A DNA stretch of 64,000 nt from Cetorhinus maximus (Eukaryota). The translations under genes were made by a program, and so were the position numbers. Below the pieces are notes generated by a model. The model was given only the letters and a program-made list of their open reading frames with translations. It did no database searches and was not told the origin of the DNA. Numbering within the stretch: position 1 is the first letter of the stretch; every line of letters begins with the position of its first letter. The DNA is taken from assembly GCF_964194155.1 (NCBI RefSeq), contig NC_135902.1, forward strand, positions 48,236,001 through 48,300,000, read 5' to 3'. This document shows positions 42,701 through 52,800 of this stretch, piece by piece.

Positions 42701-45700
42701 GTGAGACTGTAAATTTAGTCCCAAGTGTCAGCACTCTCAATTCTGAGTCAGAGGCTCCACTCTCGGCTCATACTTCACTGCAGGGAGCCCTGCACAGTCT
42801 TTCAGGTGCGACTTTAAACTGAGAGCGCGGGAGTTCTATTTTAATGTCTGCCATTTTCCCCTCAATCAGCAAAAATCACTAAAACAGACTTTGTGAACAT
42901 TTAACACACTGCAGTTCATTCACAAATTTGCTGCTGTTTGCCCCAACATTTACAACAAGACTGCTTTCAACAGCACTTCACTGGCCGTGATGCTCTGGGA
43001 CATCCTGAATAACATTAGGAAGAGAAGGCCATTCGGCCCCTCTAGTCTGTTTGTTATATCAATTATATATTTCTTCTATATCATAGCCAGTATTTTTTAC
43101 TGCAGGCTCATCGGTTAGAAACTTATTTTGTGCAAGATCCTCACGGCAAGTAGAGGAATCTTTTGTCCCAATCAACAATATTGCCAACACCTAGGATTTT
43201 ACTCACGTGTCTTGTGATCTGATTGTGCTTCAGGTGGAAAATATAAACACTAAATACAATGTTTAAATTTCCCCCAGAGGTAGAGGTGGATGGGGAAATG
43301 AAAATCCCTAAATTGCAAAGGTTGGCAAAACTGTGCCAGATTGCGATTGATCAAGGTGAAAGTGAGTGTTATCCATCATCCGGACACTCGCTTAGGATGT
43401 TCTAAGGATTACCACTCATTATACATAAAGCTTTAATGCAGGTCTTCTGTTGAACACATTGAAAAGCCAGTCTGAGCGTACCGTGGGCAATGTAGGTGGA
43501 GGCTCTCCTAGTTCATCAGTGCTTTCTTTCAAACTCATCTGTGCATTCCAGTCAAGGATCCAAAAAGGGAAAACATATTTTAAAAATGGAATATCAATTT
43601 TAAAATCGGATAAATTCACATATCACGTTCTGCGAAATACTGATGTCAGTGATGTACCTAAATATTCAAAGCTTGAAAATGACTGGTCCTTCATATAAAG
43701 CTGTTGTCGCTTATACCACTTTTAAGGAGGCTGTAGGTTCTAGTCACTCCAGAGACTTGAACACAAAACTCTAGGCTGACACTCCAGTGCTGTACTGAGG
43801 GAGGGCTGCATTGTCAGAGGTGCTGTCTTTTGGATGAGACATTAAACCTCAACGCCCTGTCTGCTCTCTCAGGTGGGGGTGAAAGATCCCACTGCACTAT
43901 TTCAAAGAGTAGCAGGGGAGATACCTGGCCAATATTTATACTTCAACCAAAGCCGACAACAGATTGTCTGATGCGGTTTGTGAGACTTTGCTGCATACAA
44001 GTTGGTTGTCGCATATCTTACAACCAGTGACTACACTTCAAAAACACTTCATTGGCTGTAAGGTTCTGAAGTTGTGAAAGGTGTTATATAAATGCAAGTC
44101 TTTCTTTAGATTTTTATTGATATTGATCTTTTTATTCCTCCTGCTACAGCGTCTGGCGAGTATAGTTCTCCTCTTTAGTTTTCCATGCCATCTTCCATTG
44201 CCTCCAGTAGGTGACCTCCTCACGGCCCTCCATCAATGGACAAGTATTAAGACACGTGAAAGCAACCAGGGGAGAAAAGAAACCCTTCATTTCTAACTAT
44301 GAGAAGAAACAACACTGTTCCTCCTCATCTTTCAGAGGTGTTAACCCGAGACCCCATCTGCTCTTTCAGGTGCCTGTAAAAGATCCCATTGCACTATTTT
44401 GTAGAGCAGGGAGATTATCCCCAGTGTCCTGGCCAATATTTATCCCTCAATCAACTTCACAAAAACAGATCATCAGGTCATTACAGTGTTGCTGTTTGTG
44501 GGATCCTGCTTTGCACAAAGGAGCTGCCCTGTTTCCTACATTTCGACGGCGACTACACTTGACCTCATTGGCTGTAAAGCGCTTTGGGGCATCCTAAGAA
44601 TGTGAAAGGTGCTATAGAAATACAAAGTCTTTCTTTGTATGCTGTTACTTAAATGCTACTTTACATTTTATTATAGAGCTGTAATAATCTACATACAATT
44701 CAGCAGAGTTTGTCAGACATTTTTGGGTCATATTTATGAAGCAGATCTTTGGTTAGTGGCTCCTATAGTCCAGCAGATTTATCCTATAAGTAGCTGAGTC
44801 AGGAGAGTCCCAGCTCAATCTCTAGTCTGTGTTGAGTTAGCCAATGCCAGGGCTGCAGTAGAAATTCTAAAAAAACATACAAGTTTTAAAAGTATAAAAT
44901 CTGATTAAGTGCAAAAAGCTGTTAAAACGGAGAGAGAAAGTCATGCATTACTTTCATCATTGTAACGTTTAACAGCACAGTGACACAAATAAATTATATC
45001 AATTATAGTGCACACTTTAAAACAACACCTTTCAACCGGAAGAGAAACATATAAAATTGGTCTGGTATTTAAAATCACACAATTTGCATGGCATTTAAAA
45101 ATAATAGTTTGTGGGAAAATTAAAATCACACTCAGCTCAGAACAGTGACTACACTTCAAGACTACTTCATTGACTAAAGCACTTTGGAACATCCTGTGAA
45201 AAGTGTCACATAAAGTCTTTCTATTGAATGGTTTTTTTAAATCTCACTCAGACTGAGTAGTATTTAAAATCTCAGTCGGACTGAATGCTATTTAAAATCA
45301 TCGTCAGACTGAATGCTATTTAAAATCAGTCAGACTGAACGCTATTTAAAATCACAGTTGGACTGAATGTTATTTAAAATCACAGCTGGACTGAATGCTA
45401 TTTAAAATCACAGTTGAACTGAACGCTATTTAAAATCACAGTTGGACTGATGCTATTTAAAAATCACAGGTGGGGTGCTATTTAAAATCACAGTCGGTCT
45501 GATGCTATTTGAAAATCAGAGTCAGGCTGAATGCTATTTAGAATCACAGCCAGACTAAATGCTATTTAAAAACCACTCTCAATGCTATTTAAAATCAGTC
45601 AGAATGAACCATATTTGAACAATCACACAGAGATTGTCTGGTATTTCAGAATCTCACACAATGTGCCTTGTATTTGGAAGTTATTCACTCTTTGTGCTGT

Positions 45701-46284
45701 TTGAAGGAAATTGTATAGTCTCTCGCTGTTTGAAAGATATTGTACAGTCTCTAGCTGTTTAAAGGATATTGTACAGTCTCTGTTTAAAGGATATTATACA
45801 GTCTCTAGCTGTTTAAAGGATATTGTAGTCTCTAACTGTTTAAAGGATATTGTACAGTCTCTAGCTGTTCAAAGGATATTGTACAGTCTCTAGCTGTTTA
45901 AAGGATATTGTACAGTCTCTGTTTAAAGGATATTGTACAGTCTCTAACTGTTTAAAGGATATTGTACAGTCTCTAACTGTTTAAAGGATATTGTACAGTC
46001 TCTAGCTGTTTAAAGGATATTGTACAGTCTCTAACTGTTTAAAGGATATTGCACAGTCTCTAACTGTTTAAAGGATATTGTACAGTCTCTAACTGTTTAA
46101 AGGATATTGTACAGTCTCTAACTGTTTAAAGGATATTGCACAGTCTCTAACTGTTTAAAGGATATTGTACAGTCTCTAACTGTTTAAAGGATATTGCACA
46201 GTCTCTAACTGTTTAAAGGATATTGTACAGTCTCTTGAGCAGCAGAGTTTTGCCGACCCCAGTGACTCCCAGGAGGAGACACAT
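39541..46284 (-). CDS. ARL16: ADP-ribosylation factor-like GTPase 16, gene span, 176 aa
   Basis: Five exons join to 531 nt: 46284-46224, 43540-43482, 41168-41052, 40480-40365, 39718-39541. MCLLLGVTGVGKT P-loop, LGEPPPTLPTVGTNL, RELGGCM (atypical G3) and NKVD match recalled ARL16. Confidence 0.96.
40365..40480 (-). CDS. ARL16: ARL16 exon 4 (FMIDAANPTQ...ILFNKV)
   Basis: cctag| acceptor, GT|gtaagt donor, 116 bp. Confidence 0.94.
41052..41168 (-). CDS. ARL16: ARL16 exon 3 (VGTNLTD...RELGGCMAPIW...EAVI)
   Basis: ctgcag| acceptor, |gtgagt donor, 117 bp. Confidence 0.95.
43482..43540 (-). CDS. ARL16: ARL16 exon 2 (KMSLKESTDELGEPPPTLPT)
   Basis: AC| acceptor with TCCTTGAC branch site; |gtacgc donor; 59 bp. 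Confidence 0.92.
43720..44640 (+). mobile_element. Two Deu-type SINE copies (about 43720-44110 and 44330-44640)
   Basis: Core and tail motifs in both copies. Confidence 0.7.
45225..45610. repeat. ~28-bp minisatellite (gactgaatgctatttaaaatcacagttg)
   Basis: Recurrent gctatttaaaatcacag motif. Confidence 0.9.
45697..46235 (-). repeat. 29-bp minisatellite built from the ARL16 exon 1 / U12 donor junction
   Basis: ctgtttaaaggatattgtacagtctcta(a/g) repeated; 17 aaaggatat cores including the genuine donor, plus 2 degenerate distal copies. Confidence 0.95.
46224..46284 (-). CDS. ARL16: ARL16 exon 1 (MCLLLGVTGVGKTLLLKRLY)
   Basis: gccATG at 46284; ends at the U12 donor |ATATCCTTT. Confidence 0.93.
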
Positions 46285-46439
46285 GGCCCCGGGGAGAGGC
46301 TTTGGCTGATCGACCCAGGGAGGAAGAATGAGTAATAAAGTCTGGTGTAAGATGCTCGTCAATTATTCCAAAGGAAATAAATAAGAAAACATTGTCTTTA
46401 AAATAAAACGGTGTTCAATCCAACTCGAGTAAAGAGGCC

Positions 46440-46720
46440 ACAGCTCCTCAGACGGTTACTTGGCAACGCTAGAGTCGCTGCCCTGTGACGTCATAACAGT
46501 GCGTCCCACCTTTCGCCTGGAATTTTTTAAAATAATAATTATAAATGGCCACCTACCGTTCTCGCTGGACACATTAAACTGGCCCCGACTCTATCCCTGG
46601 TCAACATTTTATTTTTCCGAAACGGATCTTAATCGTGCGCCGGGTCCTTGTGACGTCGTGAAGGGTGCGACCGACCCGCTGTGGCTGCTCCTCGTGACGT
46701 CAGAAACTGGCGACGCCGGC
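46440..46720. promoter_or_regulatory. Bidirectional ARL16/HGS CpG-rich promoter with RFX X-box and CRE sites
   Basis: GTTACTTGGCAAC at 46455-46467; TGACGTCA at 46486-46493 and 46695-46702; TGACGTCG at 46651-46658; ATGs are 528 bp apart and divergent. Confidence 0.72.
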
Positions 46721-46812
46721 CCTGTTTAGGCCCCCGGGGAGTCAGCAGCAGCAGGTTAGGCGGCTCCGGAGCTGCCGGGATTCAGAGGAAAAGGGACCGA
46801 CAACCGGAGAGG

Positions 46813-46849
46813 ATGGGAAAAGGCAGCGGCCCCTTCGAGAGGCTTCTCG
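46813..46849 (+). CDS. HGS: HGS exon 1 (MGKGSGPFERLL)
   Basis: aggATGg start, G|gtgaga donor, 37 bp. Confidence 0.93.
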
Positions 46850-49800
46850 GTGAGAGGCGGGAGCTTCTTCCTCTCTCTAAAACCCCCCCCCACGTCCTCC
46901 CCCATTGTTGTTTCATGGGAGCCGGGCCCGCTCACCGGCCGCCATTTCAGAAACCGAGGCCGAGACCTGGGACTGGAGTCGGGGCTGAGGCCCGGGGTCC
47001 GGGGTCCGGGGTGGAGGTGGAGGTGGGGACGGGGACCCGGGCAGCCGCTGGTGCAGCCTCGCTGGGTTGAGCGTCTGCTCAGAGCCCCAAAGGGTTATTC
47101 ACTGAGTGAGATTTTACCAAATGGTTGGAACCACTTTTGAGTCCCTATTGTATAATCAGCCAGTCTCTGTGTCTCCACAGCGCCCGGTTACAGCTAAACC
47201 TTTCTAATGGGCAGGACTACAGCCCTGAGGAACTGTCTGTGTCTTACAGTGAGGAGGCCTGACTCTGGGGTGGTGGCTGTGTGGGGTGGGTCTGTCTCTC
47301 TCTCTCTCTCTCACTCTGAGGCTGCTCTGATAAAAGAAACTCAATCGAGATAAATCTGAAGCAAGAGCAGTGAATGCTGGAGTCACTCGGGTCTTGCAGA
47401 TCTCTGGAAAGGGCTGACAAATTCACATTGTGTGTGTGTGTGTGGAGCCTTAAACAGAAACATTTGTTTATGATCTTGCCCATATTGTGGTGTTTGGGAG
47501 TTGGGGGGGGGGGCGGTAAACTGACTTGGAGAGGGGAGCGAGTGACAATCGGGGTGATCCCTGTAACAGGATATGTTGGGAATGGGCAGTATAGGGTGAG
47601 AGGAGTTATCCAGGCGATGACGGGGATCTGGAGCTCTGCCTGGAAGTGAGGTAGAGGCATAAACTGTCGTAACACTTTTTTTAAAAAAAACTTTGCTGTG
47701 AACTTGAAGCATCATAACCTACAGGGTTACAGGCCAAGAGCTGGAAAGTGGGATTAGGCTGGATAGCTCGTTTACAGCTGACACTGACATGATGGAGTGA
47801 ATGGGATACATCTTCCATGTTTTGTTTGGACTGATGTTTAAAGCTATATGTGTAGAGCATACAGACTGATCTCTGCTATTGCTTGACGAATCTGTGCTAA
47901 TCTCTCCTTTCACTTGCCCACTCTAAAGCACTTCTCTTGTTAAGTAATTGCCTTTTGTGTTTAATGGGGGAAGAGCTGTCTGTTGCTTTTGTCAGTGATG
48001 CCCTGTACGATTATGTTATTTCAAGAATTCCTGGGACCCAGCGCACCAAAAACATTCAGGTTCAGTGCACGAACCGAGGGATAGATTGAGCGCGATTACA
48101 GAAGACTGGCTTATGTCCCCTGAAGTGTGGGAGGTTAAGGGATGATTTAATTTAGGATTTTGAAAGGAATTGATGGAAGCTTTTTCTGCTTGTAGGGGAG
48201 TGTAGGGCATAATCGTAAAATGGAATCTTATAATGTTTACAGTAATTATTCCATGTTTGTATCAATAACAAAGCAAATTCCTATCACAATAGACCAGGCT
48301 TAAATGGTGTCCATATTTAGCTAGAATCCCTGGGCATGAACTCCATAGGCCCATGTATTAATCCGCCCCCATTTGTCTCATTTATATTACGGATTTGTTG
48401 TCCAGGTAACTAAGAAACCATCCTGTCCTGACCCTGTCTTGAGATTCCCTGCATAAGAAATGAATTAGGAGCAGATTGCAGATCAGCCATTTCATTGGAT
48501 GTTGGGACAGAATCAAGAGGCCAAATGACCTCCTCCTGTCCCCATGTACTTGTGCTTTTTTAAAATTCATTTACAGGAGGTGGGCTTCGCTGGCTAGGCC
48601 AGCATTTATTGCCCTTGAGAAGGTGGTGGTGAGCGGCCTTCTTGAACCGCTGCAGTCCACATGGTGTGGGTACACCCACAACGCTGTTAGGGAGGGAGTT
48701 CCAGGATTTTGACCCAGCGACAGTGAAGGAACAGTTTATGCATTCAGAACCTCATCTTTTGTGTGGCTGTCATTGGCAATATTCTGTCCATCCTCTGGTA
48801 TTGTGGCTTTGTGTAAGGAAGCTCTGTCCCTTGTGCCTGCTGTACATGATCTCTTGTTTTGGGAAGATTTTGAACCAATGCTGTGCCTCCAGCCAGGGGG
48901 AGAGTTAATCTGCTATTGACTCTCCCTTTAGTCAGAGACTGTTAGTTACTCTCTTGGCTGCTTATTGTAGCTGTAAATGAGACTGGAAACAAACCAGCAG
49001 CCAACCTGACTAGACTGAGCATATTATCCAGCGAGTTAAAGAAATTCTGTCTCCACTTGGACTAGATGGATTTTAACGGGCTAGGTTCAATTAGCAAGGT
49101 AGTAACTTTTATTGTCAAATTAAATTTTTACGCTTAAAAGATTTATGATTTAAAAAAATGATGTAGCAATTGGAATATTTTGAATTTCTATTTATAAATG
49201 TGAAATGGTTTAGGGTTTTTTTGAAGATTTATTTTCTTGCACAGCTGTTTTGCTTACTTTTTTTGCTCCTTTCGCTCTGATACTGGAAGTGTGATTTATG
49301 ATGTTTCTCTTACCAGGGTGAGGTTAATGCTTCATGTTCGTTGCCTTTGTGTTTTTCTTCCTGTTCTATGGTAAGCGTAATCAGGTGGAAGGAAATGTAC
49401 AATCGTGCTGCAGAAACTGAGAACTGTGAACCTTTCCCAGCTCTAATTTCGGAAGAGTAACTGACCCATGCGACAACACTCGCTGAGAAATGGGGGGACT
49501 CTGAATCTCGCTGCTACTGCTTCATAGATGTTTCCTTTATCTATTCCAACAGTGGCTCATGAGAAAGGCTGCCTGCATGTCCTAGTGCGAGGAATACTTG
49601 GTTTATCCTTATTTGTGTGTTTAATTTTCTTCTTTTTCTCCCTAAACAGACAAAGCAACCAGCCAGCTACTTCTCGAAACTGATTGGGAATCCATCCTGC
49701 AGATCTGTGACCTGATTCGACAGGGAGATGCCCAGTAGGTGTTTGGGTAGAGAGGTGGAGACAGACTGTGTGTTGTAAAGCAGAGTGTTTTAGCTCGGAC

Positions 49801-52800
49801 GGCGGGTGCAGTGTCATTGCCTGAAGATTATTATTTGTTTATATGCTTACTGATTCTCCCTAAAAAGAGAGAAGGCCTGTTAGCTGAGAGAGAGGGACTC
49901 TTTGAATACGTTCTGTCATTAGCAGATGTAACGTAAAAGCAAGAAACAGAAGAGGAGGAGGCCATACAGCCCCTTGAACCTGCTCCGCCATTCTAGAAAT
50001 CATGGCTGATCTATTATCTCAACTTCTCTTACTCTATCCCTTTATTCTAACAGTCTGTTGATCTCAGTCTTGAATATATTGATTGACTGAGTTCCACAGC
50101 TGTCTGGGACAGTGAATTCCAAAGGGTTCACAACCCTTATCCCAGGACTACAACCCCCAGTTGTAGAGTGTCCGGTCAGGGGTAACAACCTCTCGGCATC
50201 TAACTGTTAACATCGAGCTTTAATTTCAGTGTGTATCTTGTATTCCCAGTGACTGTGAGGAATTGTGTTCTTGACTTTTGAAGGTTAGATTCATTCAGTC
50301 ATTCTAATTCATAAGGGGGAAAGTTATGATTTTATTTTTAACATTGCTGCAGCTCCTCACGAAATGGCTTTGACTGCTGCCCTGTCTCCATTGCTTGAAA
50401 CTTTAATCCTCTTAACTCATGTGTGCTTTGAAAACTGGTCACCAATGTTTCCTGAGGCAGCATGCTTGGCTCGGCAATCATGTGAGACCCTTGCTCGTGA
50501 CTTGTATTCCACCAGAGAGAGGCAGGCGTATACCAGATCAGGAGGTCACAGCTTCGGATCCGAAGGTTCGCAAGGTTGATTCGGATGAACAAATCCATTT
50601 GGACTACATTCTTCCAGAAGACCAATCCCGCTGCCTTCCCATTGCAGCTTCTGGAGCACAATCCCATTCCCGACACCTGCTTCAGCTGGCCAGCTCGCCA
50701 TTGTGGAAAGATGTCTATTGGTCCTACACATTCCCTTCACAACTATTGAGAGTTGGAAGGCATCGGCGGTTACAGCATTGTCGAACAGGGGAGGGCAGGA
50801 CAAGCCAAGTAACTGCAGTTGAGCGGGCAATGGGTGTTGCTCAAATCACTTAACAGTACTCTTGGAAAAAGTTGCACATTTGTGTGTAATGGAGTTAGTC
50901 TGAGGTGGCAGAGCAGGATCGAAGCATTTTGAGGAAGTCCTCGATTAGGTTTTATAGAGGCCGTTGCTTGTTAACATTGGAAGGACTCTCATGGCATAGA
51001 CAAGAAACGGAGGCAGAGAACTGGGATAAAGCAGCAGGACTGAACGGAAACTGGCTGATCATTCCATCTTTACTGCTGTTTCTGGGACACGCAACGACTG
51101 CCACTTTTCCTGCATGACAAGCTTGTTGGTTGTACATGAAATGCTTTGGAATATTTCTGAGGTGTGGTGAGGTGCTGTACAAATACAGACTTGTCTTTTT
51201 ACCATCAAAAAGTTAGTGGGATGCTGGGCTTCATCATAAGTCTTTTTTATTCATTCATGGGATGTGAGCATCGCTGGCAAGGCTAACATTTAATCATCCC
51301 TAACTGCCCCTTGAGAAGGTGGTGGTGAGCTGCCTTCTTGAACTGCTGCAGTCCATGTGGTGTAGGTACACCCACAGTGCTGTTGAGGGAGTTCCAGGAT
51401 TTTGACCCAGCGACAGTGAAAGAACGGTGATATATTTCCAAGTCAGGATGGTGAGTGGCTTGGAGGGGACCTTCCAGGTGGTGGTGTTCCCATGTATCTG
51501 CTGCCCTTGCCCTTCGAGATGGTAGAGGTTGTGGGTTTGGAAGGTACTGCTTAAGGAGCCTTGGTGAGTTGCTGCAGTGCATCTTATACATGGTACACAC
51601 TGCTGCCACTGTGCGTGAGTGGTGGATGGGGTTCATTCAAGCGGGTTGCTTTGTCCTGCATGGTGTTGAGTTTCTTGAGTGTTGCTGGAACTGCACTCAT
51701 CCAGGCGGGGAATATTCCATCACACTCCTGACTTGTGCCTTGTAGATGGTGAACAGGCTTTTGGGGAGTCAAGAGGCGAGCTACTCTCTACAGAGTTCCC
51801 AGCCTCTGACTTACTCTCTAAGCCACAGTATTTATCCAGCTGGTCCAGTTCAGTTTCTGGTCAGTGGTAACCCCCCAGTATGATAGTGGGGGATTCAGCG
51901 ATGGTAATGCTATTGAGTGTTAAGATGCTACGATTAAACTTTCTTTTCGTGGAGATGGTCATTGCCTGGTACTTGTGTAGCACGAATGTTACCTGCCACT
52001 TGTTAGCCCAAACCTGGATATGGTCCAGGTCTTGCTGCATTATATATGGACTGCTTCAGTACTTGAGGAGTCGTGAATGGTGCTGAATATTGTGCAATCA
52101 TCAATGAACATGCCCATTTCTGACCTTATGTTGGTGGGAAGGTTATTGATGAAGCAGCTGAAGATGGTTGGGCCCAGGACACTACCCTGAGGAACTCCTG
52201 CAGTGATGACCAGGAACTGAGATGACCGACCTCCAACAACCACAACCATCTTCTTTTGTGCTAGGTATGACTCCAACCAGCAGAGAGTTTTCCCCCTGAT
52301 TCCCATTGACTCCAGTTTTGCTAGGGCTCCTTGATGCCGCAATCAGTCAAGTGCTGCCATGCTGTCAATATTGCCTCACCTCTTGGATTCTGCTCTTTTG
52401 ACCATGTTTGGACCAAGGTCAGGAGCTGAGTGACTCTGGTGGAATCTGAGCTGAGAATTGGTGTGCAGGATATTGCCTGTTGATGGTACTGTTGACGACA
52501 CCTTCAATCACTTTGCTGATGTTTGAGAATGGACTGATGGGATGGATTGAGTTTGTCCTGGTGGTTTTATGGACAGGACATACCTGAGCAATTTTCCACA
52601 TTGCCAGATAGATACCAGTGTTGTAGCTGCACTCGAACAGCTTGGTTTGGGGCATGGCTAGCTCTGAGCCCATGTCTTCAGCGCTATTGCTGATTTTAAA
52701 ATATATAAAAGTGAGGAAGTGCTGCTGAAGTTGAACAGTGTGCTGGCCTGACCACACTTTCAATTTTGGCTGTCCCATCTTAGAAAGGAGTTTAGCACAG

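Larger units (their letters stand above)
43541..46223 (-). other. ARL16: U12-type (minor spliceosome) AT-AC intron, ARL16 intron 1
   Basis: 5'ss ATATCCTTT (46223-46215), branch site TCCTTGAC (43558-43551), terminal AC (43542-43541); joining gives in-frame TAC A|AG ATG. Confidence 0.93.

Noticed and set aside
50338-50853. Cluster of 70-144 aa ORFs on both strands in non-repetitive HGS intron 2 sequence (possible nested gene)
   Set aside because: No recognisable domain, mostly non-ATG starts and no convincing exon chain; a tBLASTx or RNA-seq check would be needed to revive it.
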